Positions 25,001 through 31,763 of a DNA stretch of 35,429 nucleotides are shown here, in pieces (the stretch's first letter is position 1; each line of letters starts with the position of its first letter). The stretch is from Clostridia bacterium (GTDB lineage Bacteria; Bacillota; Clostridia; Oscillospirales; CAG-272). A program made the position numbers and the translations under genes. The stretch covers positions 1 through 35,429 of the forward strand of contig JAFTXB010000207.1 in NCBI GenBank assembly GCA_017461825.1. Direction: 5' to 3'. The notes under the pieces are model-generated. The model did no database searches. It was not told the origin of the DNA and saw only the letters and a program-made list of their open reading frames with translations.

Positions 25001-26049
25001 ACGTGATCGCGCCCGCAACGGGACACCTGACCTGCTCGGGCGGAATCAAGCAAAACGGGCAGTCGGCAACCTGTACCGCCGACGGCTGGAAGGATTACTA
25101 CAAATGCGAGGGCTGTGAAAAGCTCTATGAGGACGCAAATTGCAGCGTTCCGATCTCCGATCTTGCGGCATGGAAGGCGGGCAACGGAAAGCTGGCTGCC
25201 GCGCATAACCACGGCACAGCTTGGAAGTCCGATGCCAACAACCACTGGAACGAGTGCGCGTGCGGAGACAAGGCAAACGTAGCTCCCCACGCGGATGCCG
25301 ATAAAAACGGCAAGTGCGATGTTTGTGATCGCACCGTACCGATTACCGAGCCCGGCAAAGAACCCGGCACAGAACCCGGCACCGAGCCCGGCACCACGCC
25401 CGGCAACAACGGGATCAAGATCGAGAACCCCGAAAGCGGCGCGTCGGTTCAGATCCCCGAGGGCAGCAGCGCAAACGTCCCCGACGGAGCTGTATTTGAG
25501 GTGGCGGAGCTTCCCAAGACCGAGATTGCCGAGAAAACGGTCGCTCGTATCACGGAAACGGTAGAGGGCAGCGCGGAGGTGCTGGCAGTTTACGATCTCT
25601 CCCTGCTTCTGGACGGAGCCACCGTACAACCCAACGGCAAGCTTCTCGTTACGCTCCCCGCCATTGAGGGCGATTTCGACCGCATAAAGGTTCTGTATAT
25701 CGCCGATGACGGCAGCGTGGAGGAATGTGTGACCGCACTCAACGAGGACGGCACGGTTTCCTTTGTGACCGACCACTTCTCCAAATATGTGGTTGTCGGT
25801 GTAACGGACGGCAAAGAAGGCGGCGGACTTTCCACAGGCATTATTGTGCTGATTGTTATCATTGTGATCCTGATACTGAGCATCGGCGGTTTTGCGATCT
25901 GGTGGTTTGTGATCGAGAAAAAGAGCTTTTCTGATCTGGTTGAGACGGTCAAAAAGTACCTGCGTGCAGTGGGGAAAAAAGCGTCTGTAGCCGACGCTGC
26001 CGAGTTGGACGACGAGAGCCATGCGGATAGCGAATCGAACGACCAATAA
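19033..26049 (+). CDS. Giant (2338 aa) type-I membrane-anchored surface protein. Order: signal peptide, two 408-aa modules each ending in a putative Ig (He_PIG-like) domain, Big_2-like domain, further Ig-like domains, a Cys/His-rich repeat region of about 890 aa, EPGT linker, C-terminal domain, TM helix, acidic cytoplasmic tail
   Basis: ATG at 19033, 6 nt after GGAGGA. Signal peptide MKTSMKKLTSLFVALMTVLGMVALVLP. LPEGLVLSANSGVLNGQV...VKIRVTD and LPKGLSVG...VKIRATD are He_PIG-like. VTGIALDKDTLTLENTGTGTVNVTVTP is Big_2-like. TM helix GIIVLIVIIVILILSIGGFAIWWFVI, then a 45-aa tail. Confidence 0.85.
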   Translation: MKTSMKKLTSLFVALMTVLGMVALVLPTIQISSSAGNATSVTLTPTEGEPIQLVEDVETATYSWVAETATLTLNGWSGQRITSNGDVFLHLKGTNTITMDPNATGTSQIGLDLDSCGGTAIISADDGGVLNIEGNLKTQFSAIAGSLYVANGTVNIDVSTTAGGQLYGIERSLSFNASATKAAEVNVTIKRTGDSNSTIYGVYNSTRVDSRGNVAINVSLTGNENDTLIGLDTLTVYKAAPQIKVKLENGAGDANSRRAVESCEGISLTEGGRVELNGRIYSYSLPIYTNPNTVTTTPADNEYVWIETDGSAMNSSKFILCNLDGTTCYKTVFEYATEPAALKWVGEGHFEIPATVVEDNVSLNLMAGIRGATYYTSHNNYWNFEVIEGTLPEGLVLSANSGVLNGQVKTPCEAGNVKIRVTDRAGTYYNTADDRSVVFTIPYGACADKDRFLTVGDADPLEMKQDGSGSGWSYDAETLTLTLNNYNGGPIKAERPFNIHLTETNTVTLDDAIQDTQYRSYGIWLDTKASEALNITADDGGVLNIKGTSMTTDFSLMNVNRVNIVNGTLNLTAKSDFSNGTYRVGVGFLASVTFQENVDKAAAVTVDLENTHATISAKLTGNGTDYNAGNINIYDRDNVTVNVSVKGNANTEGWALSMLNAINTNAVVTAVANNGGSNSKDCLALRGFSGIVLKAGGKVDLTGKVQSYSLYTVASPNTVTTTPANNGYYWCDTDSHYYYTMYELRDLYDQPLTHTVFEYSAEKAPFKWTGDGLISIPGGSMGDSVQIDLQAALVGAHGYYSSAGYCQLEIIEGSLPKGLSVGLYNHMIVGTVSAPCDAGVVKIRATDCGGTFSDDSDDRVIEFELSYGAFTTNKPVTGIALDKDTLTLENTGTGTVNVTVTPSDAAYPYVTGTQVGSTGEVSVYNISEPLEGVSVITLKAWGTAGAYVYDIKTVELGLSKILTVYVKEAMPELSIDYQGERLSGLQIGKNYRITPEGLDPVEFTADSYYYAIPEAWMGKTVSIVCLNAEENCNSPAQELVIPERPAAPTPGKTDASGAEANDGSITGVADTMQYKQESQDSWYSVYSDAVNHLGIGTYHVRYRSTDTAFASKTATVVIGYGELAFTDNATFDIPGDEISTDVSINVSMGVSGGKKPYTFSINGPTWLSINATTGVISGTRPDSEQDATTATVTVTDGDSNSKSITINVGAVVLPHVHVYDQQKIEETYKKSDADCENPAYYYYSCVCLIRGSEAFAHGEKLGHDYTEQIEDEAHLKTKGADCQHKNVYWYDCSRCAANAKDDPAATDKFYNGTSVGDHSFDTENWGYRGAEGHAHLCTVENCGAHDTPVAHTPGDEATELAPQLCTACSYEIAPKKPHVHTIQKKNAATPDCTNTGNIAYYYCTGLCGKYFSDEAGTQEIADKTSVILSALGHDYSEKLQNEAHVKGGGSNCQELYVYWYNCSRCTACAKDDAGAADKFYTGTLYGNHEYDQTKFAYRDAEGHARVCKIEGCGAHDMLRNHNKDTSSYRTDGTNHWYVCSDCGYEMDVTAHVYTNACDTECNVCSYTRSITHQYKETLTKNANKHWYECSVCSAKKEEADHDYDHACDTTCDTCGHTRSITHSYSNEWTKDENKHWHVCTVCGSKKDEATHTPGAAATETTPQTCNICGYVIAPATGHITHTPVDAWSHNETHHWHACVGCLEQQFEKTEHVYDNACDTDCNVCGYTRTVTHQYGDEWSKNETKHWHECSVCGAKKEEADHVFDNACDTACNTCGATRETTHSYSQTLFKNDGKHWYECTSCGAKKDEADHSFDHACDPSCDLCGYTRSVSHSYAQEWFSNETRHWHACTVCGAKKDEATHTAGAAATETTPQVCTVCGYIIAPATGHTTHTPADTWSSDATHHWHECTGCHGQQLDKAEHVYDNSCDTDCNVCGKIRTVTHDYRAEWQKNESGHWHECAVCSAKKDEGAHTPGAAATETTPQVCTVCGYVIAPATGHLTCSGGIKQNGQSATCTADGWKDYYKCEGCEKLYEDANCSVPISDLAAWKAGNGKLAAAHNHGTAWKSDANNHWNECACGDKANVAPHADADKNGKCDVCDRTVPITEPGKEPGTEPGTEPGTTPGNNGIKIENPESGASVQIPEGSSANVPDGAVFEVAELPKTEIAEKTVARITETVEGSAEVLAVYDLSLLLDGATVQPNGKLLVTLPAIEGDFDRIKVLYIADDGSVEECVTALNEDGTVSFVTDHFSKYVVVGVTDGKEGGGLSTGIIVLIVIIVILILSIGGFAIWWFVIEKKSFSDLVETVKKYLRAVGKKASVADAAELDDESHADSESNDQ
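19215..21640 (+). repeat. Tandem duplication of a module of about 1225 nt (408 aa) inside the giant gene
   Basis: Collinear blocks in copy 1 / copy 2: TLTLNGWSG / TLTLNNYNG; ADDGGVLNIEG / ADDGGVLNIKG; NGTVNIDV / NGTLNLTA; KAAEVNVT / KAAAVTVD; NPNTVTTTPADN / SPNTVTTTPANN; VFEYATEPAALKW / VFEYSAEKAPFKW; EVIEGTLPEGL / EIIEGSLPKGL; NVKIRVTD / VVKIRATD. Confidence 0.8.
22672..23682 (+). repeat. Two tandem 489-nt (163-aa) Cys/His-rich units
   Basis: Both copies start PHVH (22672 and 23161). They share LGHDY(T/S)E.(I/L).(D/N)EAH.K..G..CQ...VYWY.CSRC.A.AKDD.(A/G)A.DKFY.GT..G.H..D...(W/F).YR.AEGHA..C..E.CGAHD. Confidence 0.8.
23683..25030 (+). repeat. Six 150-nt (50-aa) Cys/His repeats interspersed with three linker repeats
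   Basis: Units start at 23683, 23833, 24163, 24313, 24463 and 24793. Consensus: H-x-(Y/F)-D-x-(A/S)-C-D-x-x-C-(N/D)-x-C-(G/S)-x-x-R-x-x-(T/S)-H-x-Y-x(5)-K-(N/D)-x(2)-K-H-W-(H/Y)-x-C-x-x-C-(G/S)-x-K-K-(E/D)-E-(A/G). Two full 180-nt linkers at 23983 and 24613 share HT(P/A)GAAATETTPQ.C..CGY.IAPATGH followed by a THHWH.C.GC segment. A third, truncated copy at 24943 shares only the first part. Confidence 0.85.
25351..25407 (+). repeat. About 4.75 copies of the 12-nt repeat cccggcaNNgaN, encoding (E/K)PGT
   Basis: cccggcaaagaa cccggcacagaa cccggcaccgag cccggcaccacg cccggcaac. Confidence 0.85.
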
Positions 26050-26146
26050 AGATCAATAATGGATAGGCGGCGAGCGCGCTTGTTGCCTATCCCCGCTCCC
26101 TTGAAAACACAATTGTGTTTATAGATGTAAAGCACCTTCTGCGTTA

Positions 26147-26188
26147 GAAAAAACCGCAATTCCGATACAAAGGGATTGCGGTTTTTTC
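26147..26188. terminator. Bidirectional rho-independent terminator between the giant gene and the convergent AraC gene
   Basis: agaaaaaa - ccgcaattcc / gggattgcgg - ttttttc. The A-run and T-run flank a 10-bp stem. Confidence 0.7.
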
Positions 26189-26234
26189 TTGTGGTGCGCT
26201 TGGCATGCGGTGCGGTTTTGCGGCACAAGCCTGC

Positions 26235-27479
26235 TTATATTGTTTGCGGACGTTTGATGGATTCGCGGTATTCCTTTGGGGTCTTACCTGTCAGCCTTTT
26301 AAATGTTTTGGAAAAATACTGAACGTCCATAATGCCGCAGTGGAGTGCAACTGTTTGGATCTGCAAATTGGTGGTGGCAAGCAGATGTGAGGCGTGCTTG
26401 ATCCGTTTCTCGCGAATGTATTCCGAAACGGTTTTTCCGGTTTCCTTTTTGAAGATCGTGGAAAGATATCCCGAGCTGATGCTCTGTTGGCGGGCGAGCG
26501 CGTTTAAGGATAGGCTTGCGGACAGGTCGGAATCGATGAGCAGGATCGTTTTTTGCACGACCTGTGAAAATTGTTTGAGGGAGTGATTCCGCACCAAGCG
26601 GCAATAGGCGCGGAAAATGGAGCACATCAGGTCGGTGTTTTCCGAAAGAGAGGGGAGCTGTTCGATCTGCATGGCGATCTTGGAGGAAACGCGGTCGAGA
26701 TAAACCGGATGGACACCGCCTTGCTCTGCCGCCTTTCGCAGGAGGGTATTCATAATGATGCCGTAATTTTTGGCGTTGCGCAGTGGATCGGCAACTCGTT
26801 TTTCAAATGCGTTTTGCGAAAATGCGGCGCGCAACTGTTTTTCTTTATGAATTTGTCCCAGCTCTACTGCTTTTATCAGCTCATTTTCAAACACATAGCG
26901 CTCTTCCATTGCTTTGACATTCATGAGAGTTTCATGGAAGGAGTCGTTTTGCGAGATGTCGTTGATGGGCGATGCGGGGATCTGATTTTCCTGATTTTGA
27001 TCGATGATAAAAAAGGACGGGGTTCTCCAAAGACGTTCGCAAAATGCGTCCAACATCATAAACAAGTGATCACGGTCGGTGAGAACCGAAATTCCAAAGT
27101 AGTACTCTTCCAGATATTTCTGTTGTCTCCGCGGAACGCGGGTTGCCTCGCCGATCTCAAGGATCCGCTCGGGCGAAGGTGTTGACGTCAGATAGGGACC
27201 GATGCACAGAGCCTTTGCGGACTGCTCATCGGGTAACAGAAGCGCGATATAGGAAAAACCGAACGCATCGGTTATCTTGTACATGGTGCGCGAAGCGAAT
27301 GTGTGCGGAAAACGGCGAGGCAAAGCCGACCGAGCCTCGTCGGTCATTCCCAAAGCACCTTCAATGCCAAGGCTTGCGATTCGGTTTTCCAATTCGTTGG
27401 GCTCTTCGATCCATGTATGCACACGGCTTTTGCGAAACGTTTCGCAGAGAAGTTGCAGCTCACTGTTATAAAAGCTCAT
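26235..27479 (-). CDS. AraC-family transcriptional regulator with a long (about 300 aa) non-cupin N-terminal domain
   Basis: The start is set at MSFYNSELQ (ATG at 27479 after GAGAGGTGAG). C-terminal AraC HTH: LSLNALARQQSISSGYLSTIFKKETGKTVSEYIREKRIKHASHLLATTNLQIQTVALHCGIMDVQYFSKTFKRLTGKTPKEYR. Divergent from the GPH transporter gene. Confidence 0.8.
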   Translation of the reverse strand: MSFYNSELQLLCETFRKSRVHTWIEEPNELENRIASLGIEGALGMTDEARSALPRRFPHTFASRTMYKITDAFGFSYIALLLPDEQSAKALCIGPYLTSTPSPERILEIGEATRVPRRQQKYLEEYYFGISVLTDRDHLFMMLDAFCERLWRTPSFFIIDQNQENQIPASPINDISQNDSFHETLMNVKAMEERYVFENELIKAVELGQIHKEKQLRAAFSQNAFEKRVADPLRNAKNYGIIMNTLLRKAAEQGGVHPVYLDRVSSKIAMQIEQLPSLSENTDLMCSIFRAYCRLVRNHSLKQFSQVVQKTILLIDSDLSASLSLNALARQQSISSGYLSTIFKKETGKTVSEYIREKRIKHASHLLATTNLQIQTVALHCGIMDVQYFSKTFKRLTGKTPKEYRESIKRPQTI

Positions 27480-27756
27480 GATCTCACCTCTCGGGCCTCT
27501 TCCAAAAGACAAAGTATTGTCGGAATGACGGCACAAAAATTCCAATGCTTATCTAATATTGTATCACGGTTTTTGTTAAAATGCAACATGCTTTTTTATA
27601 AATATATGAAAAAAATACAAAAACAGATGAAAATAATACTCACGTATATTCTAAAAATGATTTATACTAAAGGTAGCTATGCTATTGCCGAATTTTTTTG
27701 GTTTTAGTTTGCAGTCCCATTGCGAAAAAATAAAACAAAGAAAAGAGGAAAACAGT

Positions 27757-29193
27757 ATGAAGAAAGAAACACAGCTTGCCGCAAACGGTAAGCGCAAATT
27801 TGGCATGAGAGACTGCCTTGCCTATGCGGCGGGCGATCTTGGATGTAACATGAGCTTTGCGCTCAAGAGCACGATGTCGATATTCTGGACACAGTTTATG
27901 GGCATGGATCTTTGGTATGCGCTGCTTCTCATCGTGGTTCAGGTTTGGGACGCGATCAACGACCCCCTGATCGGATCGATAATTGACTCGGATCGACGTA
28001 AGTATAAGAGAAACAAATTTTTAACTTACATATGGGTTGGCTCTTTGGGGCTTATTGTTGGCGGTGCGTGTTGTTTCCTCCCGTTCCCGAATGCAGCCGT
28101 TTGGGCAAAGGCGATCATCTTTATCGCCGGCTATGTGGTATGGGATGCCTTCTATACGGTTGCCAATGTTCCTTACGGCTCGCTGCTCGGACTGATCTCC
28201 AATGACGTAAAGGACAGAGCGTCTCTGTCTGCATGGCGTTCGGTCGGCTCGATCTTTGGCAACATGCTTCCTATGGTCATTCTCCCCTGTATCATTTACG
28301 ATAAGGACAACAACCTGATCGGTGAGCGTGTTTTCATTGCGGCACTGATCATGGGTGTTCTCGGCTTTATTTGCTTCCAGTTTATGATCCGCAATACCGA
28401 GATCCGCGTAGAGCAGGAGATTACTCTGCAAGAAGAAAAGCCCAAATTCAATGTATTCAGAGCGTTTGTCAACTTTATGAAAAACCGTCCCGCCGTGGGA
28501 GCCACGGTTGCGGCAATGGGTATGTTTATCGGTATGCAGGGCGCGGCAACCGCGGTGACCGTTATTTTCCAGTCATATTTTAAAAACGTACAGATCTCGG
28601 GAATCGTCCAGCTGTTTGCCATGATACCCATCGTATGCTTTACACCTCTGGCAAGAAAAATGGTGGCGAGATTTGGCAAAAAGGAGCTTGCAACCTTTGG
28701 TTCGATCTGCTCGATCGTTGCGGCTGCGGCACTCTTTATTGTAACCCCCGATAATACCGGTCTTGATCTGATTCTTTACATTGTCAGCCAGCTGATATTC
28801 TCTTTGGGTCTTGGTATTTACTCCACGGTCTCCTGGGCAATGATGGGAGATGCCATTGATTACAATGAATGGAAGACCGGCAACCGCGAGGAGGGAACTG
28901 TTTATTCTTTGCATTCCTTCTTCAGAAAGCTGGCGCAGGGAATCGGCCCCGCATTGGTTCTTGTAATCATGGTTGCGCTGGGTTACGAAGGCGCAAACGA
29001 GGGCAATCAGGTTTGGGAGGTTGCCGTTCGGATGAGATATCTGGTAGCGGGTACGTATCTGTTTTCCGCGATCCTTCAGTTTGTAGGTCTTGGATTGGTC
29101 TATAACCTTGATAAGAAGACGCTTGAACACATGAATGTTGAGCTTGGACGTGAAGTTGCAACATCCTCTGAGGACACTTCCGATCCCGTATAA
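27757..29193 (+). CDS. GPH-family (glycoside-pentoside-hexuronide:cation) sugar symporter, MFS_2-type
   Basis: The start is set at MKKETQLAANGKRKFGMRDCLAYAAGDLGCNM. Typical GPH N-terminus: G-x-R-D-x-x-x-Y-x-x-G-D-x-G, then VWDAINDPLIGSIIDS. About 12 hydrophobic segments. Confidence 0.8.
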   Translation: MKKETQLAANGKRKFGMRDCLAYAAGDLGCNMSFALKSTMSIFWTQFMGMDLWYALLLIVVQVWDAINDPLIGSIIDSDRRKYKRNKFLTYIWVGSLGLIVGGACCFLPFPNAAVWAKAIIFIAGYVVWDAFYTVANVPYGSLLGLISNDVKDRASLSAWRSVGSIFGNMLPMVILPCIIYDKDNNLIGERVFIAALIMGVLGFICFQFMIRNTEIRVEQEITLQEEKPKFNVFRAFVNFMKNRPAVGATVAAMGMFIGMQGAATAVTVIFQSYFKNVQISGIVQLFAMIPIVCFTPLARKMVARFGKKELATFGSICSIVAAAALFIVTPDNTGLDLILYIVSQLIFSLGLGIYSTVSWAMMGDAIDYNEWKTGNREEGTVYSLHSFFRKLAQGIGPALVLVIMVALGYEGANEGNQVWEVAVRMRYLVAGTYLFSAILQFVGLGLVYNLDKKTLEHMNVELGREVATSSEDTSDPV

Positions 29194-29209
29194 TGCGCTT
29201 TGTTTTTTC

Positions 29210-29244
29210 GGTGTCCGACGGTTCATCTGTCGGGCACCGTTTTC
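29210..29244 (+). terminator. Rho-independent terminator after the GPH transporter
   Basis: ggtgtccgac / gtcgggcacc stem, followed by gttttc. Confidence 0.55.
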
Positions 29245-29328
29245 AAAAATCGGGATGTTTTTTATCATTGAGTTCATAATTTTGATATATAATTTTCTTA
29301 AAAATTCAGAAATTGGAGAACGAATAAA

Positions 29329-31605
29329 ATGAGACAGGTTATTAATTTAAACAAGGATTGGCTCTTTGTAAAGGATACGACCGATATTGCGGCACGTGTC
29401 GGCGAGCAAGTTGATCTTCCACATACATGGAATGCCGCAGACGGACATGACGGCGGCAACGATTATTTCAGAGGCCCCTGCCTCTACGTCAAAACGGTAA
29501 AGCGCGCGGAGCTTCCCGCGGCGGACCGTTACTATCTCGAGATCCGTGGCGCAAACTCGTCGGCAGACGTTTACGTTGGCGGAACGAAGCTTGCCCATCA
29601 CGACGGCGGTTATTCCACCTGGCGCGTCGATCTCACCGAGAGCCTCTCCGACGAGACCGAGCTTGCCATTGTGGTGGATAACTCTCCCAACGATACCGTC
29701 TATCCCCAGATGGCGGATTTCACCTTCTACGGAGGACTCTACCGCGATGTTAACATCATTGCGGTGAACAACACCCACTTTGATCTCGATTATTACGGCG
29801 GAAACGGTCTGAAGATCACCCCCGTAGTCGAGGGCAAGGACGCAAAGGTTGAGGTTGAGGTATATATCAAGGATCTCACTGAGGGGCAGTCGATTCGCTA
29901 TACGATCACCGATGCGGCAGGCGAGGCGGTTGCGGGCGGCACCGGAACCTATACCAAGCAGACCTTTGATATCAACGGCGTTCACCTTTGGAACGGCCGC
30001 AAGGATCCCTATCTTTACACTTGCACGGCAGAGATCGTAGAGAATGGCACAGTGCTCGACAATATATCCGCGCGCTTCGGCTGTCGCAGCTACAAGATCG
30101 ATCCCAACAACGGCTTTATCCTCAACGGCGAGGAGTACCCTTTGCGCGGCGTATCGCGCCATCAGGACAGACTGGGCGTGGGCAACGCGCTCCTGCCCGA
30201 GCACCACAGAGAGGATATTGACCTCATTATGGAGGTTGGTGCCACCACCATTCGTCTGGCGCACTACCAGCACGATCAGTATTTCTACGATCTGTGTGAC
30301 GAAAAGGGACTTGTTATCTGGGCGGAGATCCCCTATATCTCCAAGCATATGCCGGGTGGACGCGAGAATACGGTCTCGCAGATGAAGGAGCTCATCACGC
30401 AGAATTATAATCACCCCTGTATTGTGGTCTGGGGTCTTTCCAACGAGATCTCGATCGGCGGCTCGGACGACGACCTGCTTGAGAATCACCGCATCCTCAA
30501 CGATCTGGTGCACGAGATGGACAAGACGCGTCTGACCACCATTGCGGCGGTTTCGATGTGCAAGATGGACGATCCCTATCTCCTGATCCCCGACGTTGTT
30601 TCCTACAACCACTATTTCGGTTGGTACGGCGGCGACACGAGCATGAACGGCCCTTGGTTTGATAAATTCCACGAGACGCACCCCAACATTCCGATCGGCT
30701 GCTCCGAGTACGGCTGTGAGGCGCTCAACTGGCACACCAGCGATCCCAAGCAGGGCGACTATACCGAGGAATATCAGGCATACTACCACGAGGAGCTGAT
30801 CAAGCAGCTCTTCACCCGCAAATATATGTGGGCAACCCACGTTTGGAACATGTTTGATTTTGGCGCCGACGCGAGAGCCGAGGGCGGTGAGAACGGACAG
30901 AACCACAAGGGGCTTGTCACCATGGACAGAAAGTACAAGAAGGATTCCTTCTATGCTTACAAGGCATGGCTGGTCTCCCCCGAGGACGATCCCTTCGTAC
31001 ACCTGTGCGGCAAGCGTTATATCGACCGCGTTGAGGAGGTTACCAAGGTCACGGTGTATTCCAACCTGCCCGAGGTCGAGCTGTTTGTCAACGGCAAGAG
31101 CGTTGGTAAAAAGACGGCACCCGATCATTTCTTCTATTTCGACGTTAAAAACGAGGGCGAGAGCACGATCGTTGCAAAAGCGGGAGCGCTTTCCGACGAG
31201 GGCAAGATCCGCAAGGTTGCCGAGCGCAATATGGACTACGTTCTGCGCGAGGTGGGCGCTGTGCTTAACTGGTTTGACGTGACCGAGATCGAGGGCAGAT
31301 ATTCGCTCAATGACAAGATCTCCGATATCATGAAGTCCAAGCGCGGCAAGCTTTGGTTCCTGTCTATGGGGCTGAAGATCAAAAAGAAGATGGATGCCAA
31401 CAAGAAGGGCAAGGACAAGGGAGAGAAGAAGTCGGGCGGCTTTGAGGTCGATCTCAAGGCGGACGGAGGACTGATGCAGATGATGGGCGGCTTTACCGTT
31501 CTGCGTCTGACGAGCATGATGGGCATGATGAACGTCTCCTTTACCAAGGAAGAGCTTCTCAAGATGAACAAAAAGCTCAACCGCATCCGCAAGCCGAAAA
31601 ATTAA
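29329..31605 (+). CDS. GH2-family glycosidase (beta-galactosidase/beta-glucuronidase-like) with a Lys/Met-rich C-terminal extension
   Basis: NLNKDWLFVKD, LPHTWNAADG, GGYSTWRVDLT, LRGVSRHQD, TIRLAHYQHD, VVWGLSNE (acid/base N-E) and CSEYGCEA (nucleophile E) are GH2 blocks. No signal peptide. Confidence 0.85.
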   Translation: MRQVINLNKDWLFVKDTTDIAARVGEQVDLPHTWNAADGHDGGNDYFRGPCLYVKTVKRAELPAADRYYLEIRGANSSADVYVGGTKLAHHDGGYSTWRVDLTESLSDETELAIVVDNSPNDTVYPQMADFTFYGGLYRDVNIIAVNNTHFDLDYYGGNGLKITPVVEGKDAKVEVEVYIKDLTEGQSIRYTITDAAGEAVAGGTGTYTKQTFDINGVHLWNGRKDPYLYTCTAEIVENGTVLDNISARFGCRSYKIDPNNGFILNGEEYPLRGVSRHQDRLGVGNALLPEHHREDIDLIMEVGATTIRLAHYQHDQYFYDLCDEKGLVIWAEIPYISKHMPGGRENTVSQMKELITQNYNHPCIVVWGLSNEISIGGSDDDLLENHRILNDLVHEMDKTRLTTIAAVSMCKMDDPYLLIPDVVSYNHYFGWYGGDTSMNGPWFDKFHETHPNIPIGCSEYGCEALNWHTSDPKQGDYTEEYQAYYHEELIKQLFTRKYMWATHVWNMFDFGADARAEGGENGQNHKGLVTMDRKYKKDSFYAYKAWLVSPEDDPFVHLCGKRYIDRVEEVTKVTVYSNLPEVELFVNGKSVGKKTAPDHFFYFDVKNEGESTIVAKAGALSDEGKIRKVAERNMDYVLREVGAVLNWFDVTEIEGRYSLNDKISDIMKSKRGKLWFLSMGLKIKKKMDANKKGKDKGEKKSGGFEVDLKADGGLMQMMGGFTVLRLTSMMGMMNVSFTKEELLKMNKKLNRIRKPKN

Positions 31606-31657
31606 GATAATGCCGCATCATTTTTTGCGGTGAAGCATGACGGGGGGTTCCTCTGTC

Positions 31658-31698
31658 AAAAAGGTCCACAACGGGGAATTTTCCGTTGTGGACCTTTT
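31658..31698. terminator. Bidirectional terminator between GH2 and the convergent histidine kinase gene
   Basis: aaaaa - ggtccacaacgg / ccgttgtggacc - tttt. Confidence 0.7.
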
Positions 31699-31763
31699 GA
31701 ACATATTGGAAATATAAAGCAGTTTTTGGGGAAGTTCTTGGTTTTCAAGGGCTTTTTTCTTTT

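Noticed and set aside
21820-26046. Very long ORFs antisense to, or out of frame with, the giant gene: 21820-23595 (-) 591 aa, 24247-26046 (-) 599 aa, 23608-24228 (-) 206 aa, 23060-23767 (+) 235 aa, 24086-24679 (+) 197 aa, and others.
   Set aside because: Their translations are Arg/Ala/Pro/Gly-rich low-complexity strings with no starts backed by an RBS. They lie entirely within a GC-rich, repeat-rich gene whose own frame has clear domain structure. They are stop-poor shadow frames.
26105-26120. The perfect 16-bp palindrome aaacacaattgtgttt as a transcription-factor operator.
   Set aside because: It lies in the convergent 3' intergenic region between two stop codons, next to a strong bidirectional terminator, and no promoter is nearby. 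More likely it is part of the terminator context or a chance palindrome in AT-rich spacer.
29347-31128. A 593-aa ORF on the minus strand across the GH2 gene.
   Set aside because: It is antisense to a gene with unmistakable GH2 motifs. Its translation is repetitive (V/L/G/R/D-rich) with no recognisable domain. It is a GC3-driven shadow ORF.
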